This document shows positions 33,469 through 42,556 of a stretch of 64,000 bases of DNA, one piece after another; within the stretch, counting starts at the first letter, position 1; each line of letters opens with the position of its first letter. The DNA comes from Acutalibacteraceae bacterium (GTDB taxonomy: Bacteria; Bacillota; Clostridia; Oscillospirales; Acutalibacteraceae). The notes under the pieces are model-generated. The model worked only from the letters and a program-made list of their open reading frames with translations. It searched no databases and was not told the DNA's origin. The stretch is taken from the NCBI GenBank assembly GCA_045652465.1, contig JAZRUI010000015.1, positions 104,445-168,444 of the forward strand. The letters are read 5' to 3'. The position numbers and the translations under genes are program-made.

Positions 33469-33806
33469 TAGAATAACCCCGGAATGTTAAGGCCGCTTGT
33501 TATGGCGCCCATCTCTTCATCGGCAGTTTTCTTTGCGGTGTTTATAGCCTCGTTAACTGCAACGGTAACAAGGTCTTCGAGCATTTCTGCATCATCGGGG
33601 TCAACCGCATCGGGCGAAATCTTGAGCGAGCGGATGTTATAGTCGCCGTCAACGGTTGCGCTAACAAGTCCGCCGCCCGAGGTAGCGGTGTATTCGCGCT
33701 CCTTAAGGTCGGCCTGGAGTGCTGCCATATCATCCTGCATCTTTTGTGCCTGCTTGAGCATGGCATTCATATTTTGTCCACCCTGATTGGGAATTCTGCA
33801 TTTCAT
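33468..33806 (-). CDS. ybaB: Nucleoid-associated protein YbaB/EbfC
   Basis: Contains GGQNMNAMLKQAQKMQDDMAALQADLKERE. AGGAG RBS. Conserved position between dnaX and recR. Confidence 0.92.
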   Translation of the reverse strand: MKCRIPNQGGQNMNAMLKQAQKMQDDMAALQADLKEREYTATSGGGLVSATVDGDYNIRSLKISPDAVDPDDAEMLEDLVTVAVNEAINTAKKTADEEMGAITSGLNIPGLF

Positions 33807-33817
33807 AAAGATTTCTC

Positions 33818-35431
33818 CTATTTGTTTAGTAAATCAAGTTTTTTGGCAAGACCTAAAAGCGGGTCGGTCTTGTTTTCGGCTTGGTTTTCGCGGTGGTAGG
33901 GGCCGATTTTATATTGCTTGTCTAAAACGGCTGCGATGGCGCGGCGAAGGGTGTCGCGGTTGTGCTGCGAGCCGTTCATAAGGTCGCGGAACATCGAGTT
34001 ATCGCTGTCTATGAGCAAATATTCGCCCTTGATATAGGCGCAGGAGCCGCGAAGCGCTCCGCACATAAGGGGATTGATTTTGGAAAGCTCCGAGAGAATA
34101 TCGTTCCATTCTTTGATGGGGCGCTCATCCGCGCTGTCCTTTTGAGGAGCGGGGGCGGGAGCAGCTTCCAAAACGGGTTCTTCATCGGCAGGAGGAACAT
34201 CCTCATCCTCAATGGGAGGAATTTCCTCGTTTTCTTCTTCTTCTTTTGCTTTTTCCTCAACCGAAGTCTCGGCGCTGATAGCGGGAGCGGCTATAGGCGC
34301 GCCCTTTTCAAGCGCGGCAATTCGCTCTTCGAGCGCCGAAAGCGAGGAGGAAAGGCGCGGCGAGCAAAGCTTGATTATAGCCAGCTCCATTTCGCAGCGG
34401 CGGGAAGCATTTTTCATCTTCGGCTGGGTTTCCTGAAGCAAATCGAGAATAAAGATAATCTCGCGCAAATCATAAAGTCTTGCCTGTCGAGTCAGTTCTT
34501 TCTTTTCGGCAGCCGAGCAAACAATCGGCTTCGGCTCGAGCGAAACGGTCTTCATTATCATAAGATTACGATAATGGGAAATAAGCTCGCCCAAGAGCCT
34601 CGTCATATCAACCGATGCGGAATAAAGTTTATCTATCATTATGAGCGCGTTTTCGGTGTCGCGTTCGCGGATTAGGTCGCAAAGCTTATAGAGATATTCC
34701 TTGCCTGCCATTCCGCAAACCTCCGAAACGGTTTGCTCCGTGATGTTGTTTTCGGCAGCGGCGCACAAATCGAGAACCGATAGCGCATCGCGCATACCGC
34801 CGTCGGCAATCGAGGCAATCAGCAGCGCGGCATCATCCGAAAGGGTCAATCCCTCATTTTCGGCAACCTTCTTTAGGCGCTCGCAAATATAGCTTTGCTC
34901 AATTCTTCTGAAATCAAAGCGCTGGCAACGCGAAAGAATGGTTGCGGGAAGCTCGTTAACCTCGGTTGTTGCGAGGATGAAAATAACATGAGCCGGCGGC
35001 TCCTCGAGGGTTTTAAGAAGGGCGTTAAACGCGCCCTTGGAAAGCATATGAACCTCGTCGATGATATAAACGCGGTAGCGCGCATCGGCGGGGGCAAAAT
35101 TAACCTGGTCGCGAAGCTCGCGAACATCCTCAACGCCGTTGTTGGATGCAGCATCGAGTTCAACAATATCCATAACTTCTCCTGCGGCAATAGCGCGGCA
35201 GGATTCGCATTCGCCGCAAGGGTCGCCGCCCTTGAGGTTTTTGCAGTTAACCGCCTTGGCGAGAATCTTCGCGCAGGAGGTTTTTCCTGTTCCTCTTGTT
35301 CCGGTGAACAAATAGGCATGAGAGATTTTGCCGGTGGCAAGCTCGTTTTTAAGGGTTTCGGTTATATGCTCTTGACCGACAACATCCGAAAAGGTATCGG
35401 GACGGTATTTGCGGTATAAAGCCTGATACAA
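33818..35431 (-). CDS. dnaX: DNA polymerase III subunits gamma/tau
   Basis: TTG start behind AAGGAG. Walker A GTRGTGKTSCAKILAKAVNC, Zn module CGECESC and DEVHML. Confidence 0.95.
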   Translation of the reverse strand: MYQALYRKYRPDTFSDVVGQEHITETLKNELATGKISHAYLFTGTRGTGKTSCAKILAKAVNCKNLKGGDPCGECESCRAIAAGEVMDIVELDAASNNGVEDVRELRDQVNFAPADARYRVYIIDEVHMLSKGAFNALLKTLEEPPAHVIFILATTEVNELPATILSRCQRFDFRRIEQSYICERLKKVAENEGLTLSDDAALLIASIADGGMRDALSVLDLCAAAENNITEQTVSEVCGMAGKEYLYKLCDLIRERDTENALIMIDKLYSASVDMTRLLGELISHYRNLMIMKTVSLEPKPIVCSAAEKKELTRQARLYDLREIIFILDLLQETQPKMKNASRRCEMELAIIKLCSPRLSSSLSALEERIAALEKGAPIAAPAISAETSVEEKAKEEEENEEIPPIEDEDVPPADEEPVLEAAPAPAPQKDSADERPIKEWNDILSELSKINPLMCGALRGSCAYIKGEYLLIDSDNSMFRDLMNGSQHNRDTLRRAIAAVLDKQYKIGPYHRENQAENKTDPLLGLAKKLDLLNK

Positions 35432-35450
35432 ACCGACTCACTCCTTCGTA

Positions 35451-35607
35451 AAAAAGTTTAAAATGCGTACTAAAGTGTACGAACAGACCGATTTACTGCA
35501 GCGCATAGGACATCCGCTTAATGCTGCTCGGTTCCCCGCCTGACATGGTTCACGGGGCCCTATCGCACAGGACCCGCCTGTTCGCACGCTTCGGTACGCA
35601 TTTTCAT
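35451..35607 (-). ncRNA. ffs: Signal recognition particle RNA (about 155 nt form)
   Basis: Minus strand carries the domain IV signature GUCAGGCGG-GGAA-CCGAGCAGC (compare E. coli GUCAGGUCC-GGAA-GGAAGCAGC). An 11-bp closing helix AAAAUGCGUAC / GUACGCAUUUU is followed by a U-tract. Canonical position upstream of dnaX. Confidence 0.8.
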
Positions 35608-35614
35608 TAGAACT

Positions 35615-35643
35615 ATTATAATATAAAATTATCAAGTTTACAA
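35615..35643 (-). promoter_or_regulatory. Sigma-A-like promoter of the SRP RNA
   Basis: Minus strand reads TTGTAA-N17-TATAAT, ending about 7 nt before the first helix. Confidence 0.6.
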
Positions 35644-35736
35644 TAGTTTTTAAAAAATATTGTAATTTGTTAAAGATAATACTATAATATAACTATATAT
35701 GTGTATGCGGATGCCATATCCGCAAAAGGAGAAAAA

Positions 35737-36399
35737 ATGGAAAAACTTAAATCTAAGTACCTTTATGACTTCTCCCACACCGTAGCAGCGCCGCTTTTCG
35801 AGCGCTTCAGTTACCCTTGGGAGGTGCTTCCCGAAATAAAGGGCTTTATTCTTGCGCTCATAAAGAGCCTTCCGCGTGATGAGTATATAGAACTCGCGGC
35901 GGATATCTTGGTTCATAAAAGTGCAGTCGTTGCGCCGAGCGCCTTTATAAACGGCCCGACCGTTATCGGTGAGGGAAGCGAAATCCGCCATTGCGCCTTC
36001 ATAAGAGGAAGCGCGCTTGTTGGCAAAAACTGCGTTGTCGGAAATTCAACCGAACTTAAAAATGTTATCCTTTTCGATAATGTTCAGGTTCCGCATTATA
36101 ATTATGTCGGTGATTCGGTTTTGGGCTATTGCGCTCATATGGGCGCGGGGGCAATAACTTCCAATGTCAAATCCGATAAGAGCCTCGTCAGCGTTAATGC
36201 GGAGGAAAAAATCGAAACGGGACTCAAAAAATTCGGTGCCATGCTTGGCGACTGTGTTGAGGTCGGCTGCGGCAGCGTTTTGAACCCCGGAACGGTTATA
36301 GGAAAAAACTCGAACATTTATCCGCTATCTTCGGTGCGCGGTTTCGTGCCCGAAAACAGCATCTATAAGCGACAAAACGAAATTGTCGCAAAGAGATAG
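35737..36399 (+). CDS. Left-handed beta-helix (hexapeptide-repeat) transferase-like protein
   Basis: Repeated [LIV]-G-x-x-x-x hexapeptides (VIGEGSEIRHCAFIRGSALVGKNCVVGNSTELKNVILFDNVQV...). Start at MEKLKSKY behind AAAGGAG. Confidence 0.65.
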   Translation: MEKLKSKYLYDFSHTVAAPLFERFSYPWEVLPEIKGFILALIKSLPRDEYIELAADILVHKSAVVAPSAFINGPTVIGEGSEIRHCAFIRGSALVGKNCVVGNSTELKNVILFDNVQVPHYNYVGDSVLGYCAHMGAGAITSNVKSDKSLVSVNAEEKIETGLKKFGAMLGDCVEVGCGSVLNPGTVIGKNSNIYPLSSVRGFVPENSIYKRQNEIVAKR

Positions 36400-36410
36400 G
36401 GTGGTGCTGT

Positions 36411-36968
36411 ATGGAAAAATGGGATGTTTTGGATGCGGAAGGAAGGCCAACCGGCCGCCGCGTCAACCGAGGCAGGAGAGCGATTCTCCGCTCGGGAGAA
36501 TATCATTCGGTTGTTCATATTTGGATAACCGACAGTAAGGGCAGGCTCTTGATTCAGCGTCGCTCTGAAAAGAAAAATTTAATGCCGGGCGAATGGGCGG
36601 CAACGGGCGGAGCCACAATAGCGGGCGAAACCCCCTTTGCCTCCGCTCGTCGCGAGCTTTATGAGGAGCTTTCCATCAATTCGGATGCTCAAAACCTCAA
36701 AAAAATCGCAACCATCCGCCGAAGAAATTCTATATTAACGATTTGGCATATTAAAACCGATGTTGATGAGAAAAAACTGCGCCTTCAACGCAACGAGGTT
36801 GCTCAGGTGCGTTGGGTAACGCGCGAGGAATTTGAAAAAATGGTTGCCGAAGGCAAATATCATAACTACGGAAGGGAATATTTCCAGGTAGTTTTATCGG
36901 CGATTTACGGAGAAGGAGAGAAAAAGAATGAGCCTATCAGTAGAGGGGCAGAAGTGTCCCGTATGTAA
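36411..36968 (+). CDS. NUDIX hydrolase
   Basis: Nudix box GGATIAGETPFASARRELYEELSI (G-x5-E-x7-REUxEE). 185 aa. Confidence 0.85.
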   Translation: MEKWDVLDAEGRPTGRRVNRGRRAILRSGEYHSVVHIWITDSKGRLLIQRRSEKKNLMPGEWAATGGATIAGETPFASARRELYEELSINSDAQNLKKIATIRRRNSILTIWHIKTDVDEKKLRLQRNEVAQVRWVTREEFEKMVAEGKYHNYGREYFQVVLSAIYGEGEKKNEPISRGAEVSRM

Positions 36969-37857
36969 GGCATACTTATTTGATGATGAGGATATAGTTT
37001 TTTGCCCAACCTGCGGCGCGCCGCATCATCGCGACTGTTATATGAAGCTTGGCCATTGCGCTCTCGAAGAGCTCCACGGAACACAAGAGCAATACGATGC
37101 TAACAAGGTTGCCGAGGAGCAAAACAAAAGAGAAGAGCCCAAGGTAGAAAACGAGGGCAAACCCGCATATCGCTGCATTCGCTGCGGAACCGAAATGTCG
37201 GATAACGATATGTTTTGTCCCGTTTGCCGAACCCCCCGTATGCAACAGGGCTTTGGCGGCGGAGCGCATATCAACTTCGGTTTCAATCAGCCTAAATGGA
37301 AGGGCGAAACGGTTGTTGAGGATGATGTAACTCTGAATGATGTTGTGCCGCTTGTTGCTGCCAATGTTAATCGCTATAGCGAAAAATTCATAACGCTTAA
37401 CAAGAAGCATCGCTCCTCTTGGAACTGGGCGGCATTCTTGCTCCCTTCGGCGTGGTCGTTTTATCGCAAAAACTATGTTAGCGGAGTTCTTTTCGGCATA
37501 TTGCAGGTGGCTTCGGCTTTGTTAACGCTTCCCCTGCAGCAGCTTATGAATGGCGGCACACTTGCCGACTCGGCAACAATGCGCGATATGCTCGACCTCG
37601 CGTTTGCCAACCCGAATACAATGTGGCTCGCTCTTGCGGGCGCGTTGCTCGGTCTCGGCGTTTCGATTTTTGCGGGTTTGTTTGCCGATTATATCTATAG
37701 AGGCAACTGCATCGAAAGAGCCAAGAAGATTAAAGCCGCTCCCGATGGCGAGCGCGAGCAACTTCGCTATAAATTGGGCGGAATCAGCCCGCTTTGGTTC
37801 TTGATTGCCCTTATGGCCGAAAACTACATTCCCATAATAATCTCTATGTTTTTATAA
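36928..37857 (+). CDS. Double zinc-ribbon plus DUF2628-like membrane protein
   Basis: CPVCKAYLF...CPTCGAPHHRDC and CIRCGTEMSDNDMFCPVC, then SSWNWAAFLLPSAWSFYRKNY and TM helices. GGAGAAGGAGAG RBS. Overlaps the NUDIX gene by 41 nt. Confidence 0.7.
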   Translation: MSLSVEGQKCPVCKAYLFDDEDIVFCPTCGAPHHRDCYMKLGHCALEELHGTQEQYDANKVAEEQNKREEPKVENEGKPAYRCIRCGTEMSDNDMFCPVCRTPRMQQGFGGGAHINFGFNQPKWKGETVVEDDVTLNDVVPLVAANVNRYSEKFITLNKKHRSSWNWAAFLLPSAWSFYRKNYVSGVLFGILQVASALLTLPLQQLMNGGTLADSATMRDMLDLAFANPNTMWLALAGALLGLGVSIFAGLFADYIYRGNCIERAKKIKAAPDGEREQLRYKLGGISPLWFLIALMAENYIPIIISMFL

Positions 37858-37869
37858 GGAGAGCCTCTT

Positions 37870-38646
37870 ATGAGCCAACGCTACTGTGAAGAATGCAAAA
37901 CGCCCAACGAGCCTGAATATAAGTTTTGCAAAAACTGCGGAACGCCGCTTCAAGAGCCCGATATTTTAGATTCTCCGATTGCCCCGATTCCGCAAAATGA
38001 TGATAGCATCGGCGAAATCGAAGCGCAGGATATGGTCTTCTTTGTGGGTAAAAACGGCGCTCGTGTTGTTCAAAAATGGAATATGATGGGCTTTTTGCGC
38101 CGCCGTTTTTCGTGGTGCTGGCCGGCATTCATTTGGTCGTTTTTCTTCGGCCTTGCAGGCGCGGGGCTTTGGTTTTTGTATCGCCGAATGTATAAATTCG
38201 GTGCTATCATACTTGCGGCTTCCTTTGCCCTTTCGAGCATAGGCATCTTGAGCCATTCCGAATCGATAACTAATTTGGTTATAGACTCGGTTGATTGCAT
38301 CAAACAAAGCACCGATTTCGAAACCGGCGAGGTTAACGAGCGCGAGCTTTCCTATCGCCTTGAGCGGGTTATGGAGGGCGAGGATGCAAAACGCCTTGCA
38401 GCATTTTCCGATTTATCGGAGATGTTTAACCTTGTTGCAGCGGTGGTTGCGGGTCTTTTTGCCCTTGCGATTTATAAGCATTTTGCAGTCAGCAAGATAA
38501 AAAGCTATGGCAGGAAGCTAACCCCGCTTGAGCTTTCTTTAGCGGGCGGAACGAGCGGCGGTGCGCTAACGCTCGGAATAATTTTAACTGTGGTTGCCGA
38601 GCTTTCGGTGTTGGTCGTTGTTATAATGGGGGCGTTTGCATTATGA
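37870..38646 (+). CDS. Zinc-ribbon plus DUF2628-like membrane protein (paralogue of 36928-37857)
   Basis: CEECKTPNEPEYKFCKNCG, then RFSWCWPAFIWSFFFGLAGAGLWFLYRRMY and TM helices. Confidence 0.7.
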   Translation: MSQRYCEECKTPNEPEYKFCKNCGTPLQEPDILDSPIAPIPQNDDSIGEIEAQDMVFFVGKNGARVVQKWNMMGFLRRRFSWCWPAFIWSFFFGLAGAGLWFLYRRMYKFGAIILAASFALSSIGILSHSESITNLVIDSVDCIKQSTDFETGEVNERELSYRLERVMEGEDAKRLAAFSDLSEMFNLVAAVVAGLFALAIYKHFAVSKIKSYGRKLTPLELSLAGGTSGGALTLGIILTVVAELSVLVVVIMGAFAL

Positions 38647-39317
38647 GATACACAACTTTGCTGTTTGATAACGACAATACCCTAATGGATTTTTATGCTG
38701 CCGAGAGGCAGGGAATAGAGCGCGCGTTTAAAAAGCACGGGCTGCCCTATAACCCCGAAATCTTAAAAATCTATAGCGATATAAATCAGTCCTTTTGGGA
38801 AATGTATGAGCGCGGCGATATAGAAAAAAGCGAAATCTATGAGGGCAGGTTTATTAAGTTTTCCGAGGTAACCGGCCTTAAATTCGACACTGCTAAAATG
38901 CGCGTTGATTATGTTGATGCGCTCCGTTTCGGCTATGATTGCATCGAGGGCGCCGTTGAGCTTTTAAAGAGCCTTTATGAAGATTATGATATCTACATAG
39001 TGACCAACGGAGAGCAAAAAACGCAGGACCAGCGCATAGCGCATTCGGGTCTTTTGCCTTATTGCAAGGGCGTTTTTGTTTCCGAGGTAACGGGCTATCA
39101 AAAACCGCATAAGGGTTATTTCGACTATGTTTTTGAGCATATTGAGGAAAAGGATAAATCCAAGATTTTGATGATAGGCGATTCGCCCTCCGCCGATATA
39201 GCGGGCGGAATCGCGGCAGGACTCGACACCTGCTATGTCAACCTCTACGGCAAAAAATGCGATGTTACTCCAACCTATGAAATAACAGCGCTTAAAGATT
39301 TTTATAAATGCCTATAA
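38643..39317 (+). CDS. HAD-IA family hydrolase, YjjG-like 5-prime nucleotidase
   Basis: Begins LLFDNDNTLMDF (DxDxT-type motif I) and contains MIGDSPSADIAGG (motif IV region). 4-nt overlap with the upstream gene. Confidence 0.7.
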   Translation: MRYTTLLFDNDNTLMDFYAAERQGIERAFKKHGLPYNPEILKIYSDINQSFWEMYERGDIEKSEIYEGRFIKFSEVTGLKFDTAKMRVDYVDALRFGYDCIEGAVELLKSLYEDYDIYIVTNGEQKTQDQRIAHSGLLPYCKGVFVSEVTGYQKPHKGYFDYVFEHIEEKDKSKILMIGDSPSADIAGGIAAGLDTCYVNLYGKKCDVTPTYEITALKDFYKCL

Positions 39318-39359
39318 AAAAAAGGAAGGTCAATCGACCTTCCTTTTAATTTTATCTAT

Positions 39360-40445
39360 TTATTTGCCTGCATGCTTATAAACGATTTCGTTCATTGCAT
39401 CCATCTTCTTTTCCATATCGGCAACCAGCTTAAACTGAGTGCGGCAACGGTCAAGGTTGTGACCCTCGCGATGAATCTTGAAGTATTTATCGCCATCGAT
39501 ATGGTCGGCGAGGAAGCGCATTCCGCATTCTAGGGTTAAAATCTTTGCCGAGAAGGCAAGCATCTTAATCTCGTTATCGGTAAGGCTGCGGCACTGCGAG
39601 AGGAAGCCTTTGGTGAATTCCTCGAAAAGACCTAAATCGCATTCGATTTTGGAGAGGTCCTTTTCATCTTCAGCGCCTGTGCTTGCGCCGAAACGGATGC
39701 TGTCGCCGAAGTCATAAAGCGAAAGACCGGGCATAACGGTATCGAGGTCGATAACCGCAACGGGCTCCTTGGTGCGGGGGTCAAGCAAAACATTGTTAAG
39801 TTTGGTGTCGTTATGGGTAACGCGGAGGGGCAATTCGCCTCTGGCTAACATATCAACCAATACTGCGCAATCTTCTTTTCTTGCGCGGGCGAATTCGATT
39901 TCTTCCTTAACCTCATCAGCTCTGCCCGACTGGTTGGCAGCAATAGCCTTTTCAAGGTTTTCATAGCGCTGCTTGGTATTGTGGAAGCCTTCGATAACCT
40001 CGCAAAGAGTATCGGCGGGGAAATCGGCGAGCATTTGCTGGAAACGACCGAATGCGCAACCTGCGTTATAGAAATCGCGGGGCTCTTCAGCGTTTTGGAG
40101 GGTAAGAGCGTCATCAATAAAGATGAACATTCTCCAGTAGCTGCTGCCATCCTCGATATACCATTCATCGTTTAAAAGTGCGATGGGGGTCAGGCATTCG
40201 CGATTGTGGTTTCGGCCCTCTGCCTTGGTTTTTTGACGCAGGAAGGTGGTAACCGCAACGATATTATTCATAAGACCCTCAACATTGGGGAAAACCTTAT
40301 TGTTGATGCGCTGAAGGATATATTTAAAGCCGTTATCGCAGGTAACAAGATATGTATCGTTAATGTGACCGCAGCCGTAGGGCTCGCAGGTAACGGGAGT
40401 TCCAACAATTTTAAAACGCGGAACAACTTCGATAGCCTTTAACAT
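39360..40445 (-). CDS. nahK: N-acetylhexosamine 1-kinase-like phosphotransferase (NahK/LnpB family, APH fold)
   Basis: LPLRVTHNDTKLNNVLLD, IDLDTVMPG, DFGDSIRFGASTGAEDEKDLSKI and ECGMRFLADHIDGD closely match my memory of Bifidobacterium NahK. 361 aa. Confidence 0.7.
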   Translation of the reverse strand: MLKAIEVVPRFKIVGTPVTCEPYGCGHINDTYLVTCDNGFKYILQRINNKVFPNVEGLMNNIVAVTTFLRQKTKAEGRNHNRECLTPIALLNDEWYIEDGSSYWRMFIFIDDALTLQNAEEPRDFYNAGCAFGRFQQMLADFPADTLCEVIEGFHNTKQRYENLEKAIAANQSGRADEVKEEIEFARARKEDCAVLVDMLARGELPLRVTHNDTKLNNVLLDPRTKEPVAVIDLDTVMPGLSLYDFGDSIRFGASTGAEDEKDLSKIECDLGLFEEFTKGFLSQCRSLTDNEIKMLAFSAKILTLECGMRFLADHIDGDKYFKIHREGHNLDRCRTQFKLVADMEKKMDAMNEIVYKHAGK

Positions 40446-40450
40446 AGAAA

Positions 40451-41812
40451 TTAACCTCCATAATTTAAAAAGACAATAAATGTTCTGCCTATGCCGGCAA
40501 CACTCAAGCCTTTTATTTTATGCTTACTGTTTGAGTTTACATCATTTTTGCAGTTTTGTAAAGCATATTTTTTTGCGAGGTCGGTTGGCGTGGTGCCTTC
40601 GGGGATATCAAAACTGAAGGTAAATTCGCAATAAGCTGCTTTTTTATCGGCAGCTTCCTTCATTTTTTGGCGGATAACTGTTTTGGCGGCATCCAAATCG
40701 GCGCCCAAAAAACAAGCTTCCTGCGCCGCATAGGTAAAGGTCGCGGCGGTGCATTTCGGGGTGCGGTAGTTATAGCTCGGAATAGTGCCTCCGCCGAAAT
40801 CGCTCGAGGAAAGGGCGGAAAAATCGGGGTCGGCCTCGTGGGTTATGGAAAAGAGCGAATCGGGGATGTTGAAGAAACGGTGGAGAACAACATTGTTTTG
40901 GTCGTCATCATCCCAGGTAACATCGAGGTTATACCAATCTCCGTCAATCTCAATAACATTCCACATATGGTTTTCGTTTCGCTCTATGGATGTTCCGCAA
41001 ACCAATGTGCAGGGAATGGAAAGCTCGCGGCATAAAAGCTGCATGGTGCGGGCATATCCCTCGCAAACGGCATGGCCGTTAACGAGAGCACCATAGGCGG
41101 TGTGGCGCATGGTGTCATCCGGCGAGTCAATATAAGCAACATTTTTGCAAATCCAGTCGTGCAGCAAAAGCTCGATTTCATAATCGGTGCTGCCTGCGGG
41201 AATGAGCTTTTTTATGGCGCTAACTTTAGCCTTGAGCGCCGCCTCCATGGTTTTCTTTTGCTCTTTGGTGCAAAGATATGAAACCTGGCTTTGGTCGCTT
41301 TTATGGTCAAAAGCGATTGAAAAATGCTCGCCCTCAATTTTATTTATGTAGGAATAGGGCATCCAAAAATATTCGGGATGGTCGGTTCTAACGGCGTTAA
41401 ACGCTAAAGAAACATCCTTCGCGGTGGTAATGCCGAGCGGAATCATTCCGCTTCGCATCTCCTTAACCGCCTTGTCAATCAAAGAGTAAATTTCTTTTTG
41501 ATGGTCGTTTAGATTATCGAAATAGAAAAGTCCCGTTTCGCTCATAGAAACCGAGTTGCTCGGTTTCGAGGAGGGGGCGGGGAGAGAACTGCTCGAGGGC
41601 TTTTGGCTGCTCGAGGGTTTCTTCGATTCGGTTGAAGAAACGGGCTTTTTAGAGGAGGGGCTTCCCTGCGAGGAGGCATCCTCCTTGCTCGAAATATCGT
41701 TCAAAGAGGATGACTGGGCATCGCTATTAACTTTTTGTGAAGCCGAGCTGCAGCCGCAAAGCAAAAATAATAAAGCGGCGGCGATGCAAAAAATCTTTTT
41801 CAAGTTTTTCAT
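40451..41812 (-). CDS. Transglutaminase-like cysteine-protease-fold lipoprotein
   Basis: Lipobox LFLLCGC after MKNLKKIF, Ser-rich linker, and a Cys-His-Asp core (HAVCEGYARTMQLLCRELSIP...NHMWNVIEIDGDWYNLDVTWDD). The ATG overlaps the upstream stop (ATGA). Confidence 0.75.
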   Translation of the reverse strand: MKNLKKIFCIAAALLFLLCGCSSASQKVNSDAQSSSLNDISSKEDASSQGSPSSKKPVSSTESKKPSSSQKPSSSSLPAPSSKPSNSVSMSETGLFYFDNLNDHQKEIYSLIDKAVKEMRSGMIPLGITTAKDVSLAFNAVRTDHPEYFWMPYSYINKIEGEHFSIAFDHKSDQSQVSYLCTKEQKKTMEAALKAKVSAIKKLIPAGSTDYEIELLLHDWICKNVAYIDSPDDTMRHTAYGALVNGHAVCEGYARTMQLLCRELSIPCTLVCGTSIERNENHMWNVIEIDGDWYNLDVTWDDDDQNNVVLHRFFNIPDSLFSITHEADPDFSALSSSDFGGGTIPSYNYRTPKCTAATFTYAAQEACFLGADLDAAKTVIRQKMKEAADKKAAYCEFTFSFDIPEGTTPTDLAKKYALQNCKNDVNSNSKHKIKGLSVAGIGRTFIVFLNYGG

Positions 41813-42432
41813 CCTATCGTAACTGTAATGTTTTGGCTCGCATCCTGCAAAACGGGGAAATATTCGCAAAAATCAACAAACGAAACATCGCTTTTGCAGG
41901 TCGAAAAAATAAAATTAAAATCATCCTGATTAAGGGTTGTGGTAAAAAGAGCGGTCAGCAACTTTTTTGCAATATCGGCGCGCATATCGGGCTGCTTCGC
42001 AATCTCCAAAACGCGGCTGCCGAAAAGGCGCTGCGGCTTTTCGCTCTCTAAATTATTATTATAACTGTTTTTCCTTTCAATTACAATACCCCCGACCCTA
42101 CCAATTACATCTATTTCGGTCATTTTTGAATATTCGATTTTTCTATCATAATTTTTGCGGTAGTTTTGCGCATCCTCAAGATTCTCGAAAAGCACGGCGC
42201 TGATGCGCTTCTCGCGGGGGAAAACATTAACGGCGCAAAACTGCGAGAGCTCATCGCAGCACAGCAAAACCGAGAAATCCTCCTGCTCATAGGGAACATT
42301 CTCCAGCGTGTTATCCGCGGGAGCCTTTTGGCTTCCGAGAACCAAAAACGCAAGCGATAAATAAAGCGCCAAACAACATAAAAACGAGCCAGCGCCCCAA
42401 AGTAAATTTTTAAGCAAAGTCTTTCGTTCCAT
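41809..42432 (-). CDS. Hypothetical membrane-anchored protein
   Basis: Start at MERKTLL behind GGAGGCG. One N-terminal TM helix. No family recognised. Confidence 0.5.
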   Translation of the reverse strand: MERKTLLKNLLWGAGSFLCCLALYLSLAFLVLGSQKAPADNTLENVPYEQEDFSVLLCCDELSQFCAVNVFPREKRISAVLFENLEDAQNYRKNYDRKIEYSKMTEIDVIGRVGGIVIERKNSYNNNLESEKPQRLFGSRVLEIAKQPDMRADIAKKLLTALFTTTLNQDDFNFIFSTCKSDVSFVDFCEYFPVLQDASQNITVTIG

Positions 42433-42556
42433 TTTTTCGCCTCCGACTTTAGTATTGACCGAAAGCAAAGGTTAAAATCACGCAAATATTTTCTTGTATA
42501 TAACGGTCTATTGTGTTAAAATGTATTTGTATTATTATATTTAGGAGTAATTACCC

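Noticed and set aside
42469-42556. Expected T-box leader upstream of trpS.
   Set aside because: Only about 88 nt separate trpS from the divergent gene. That space is filled by a promoter (TTGTAT-N17-TAAAAT) and an RBS, leaving no room for a T-box and no specifier or terminator-antiterminator structure.
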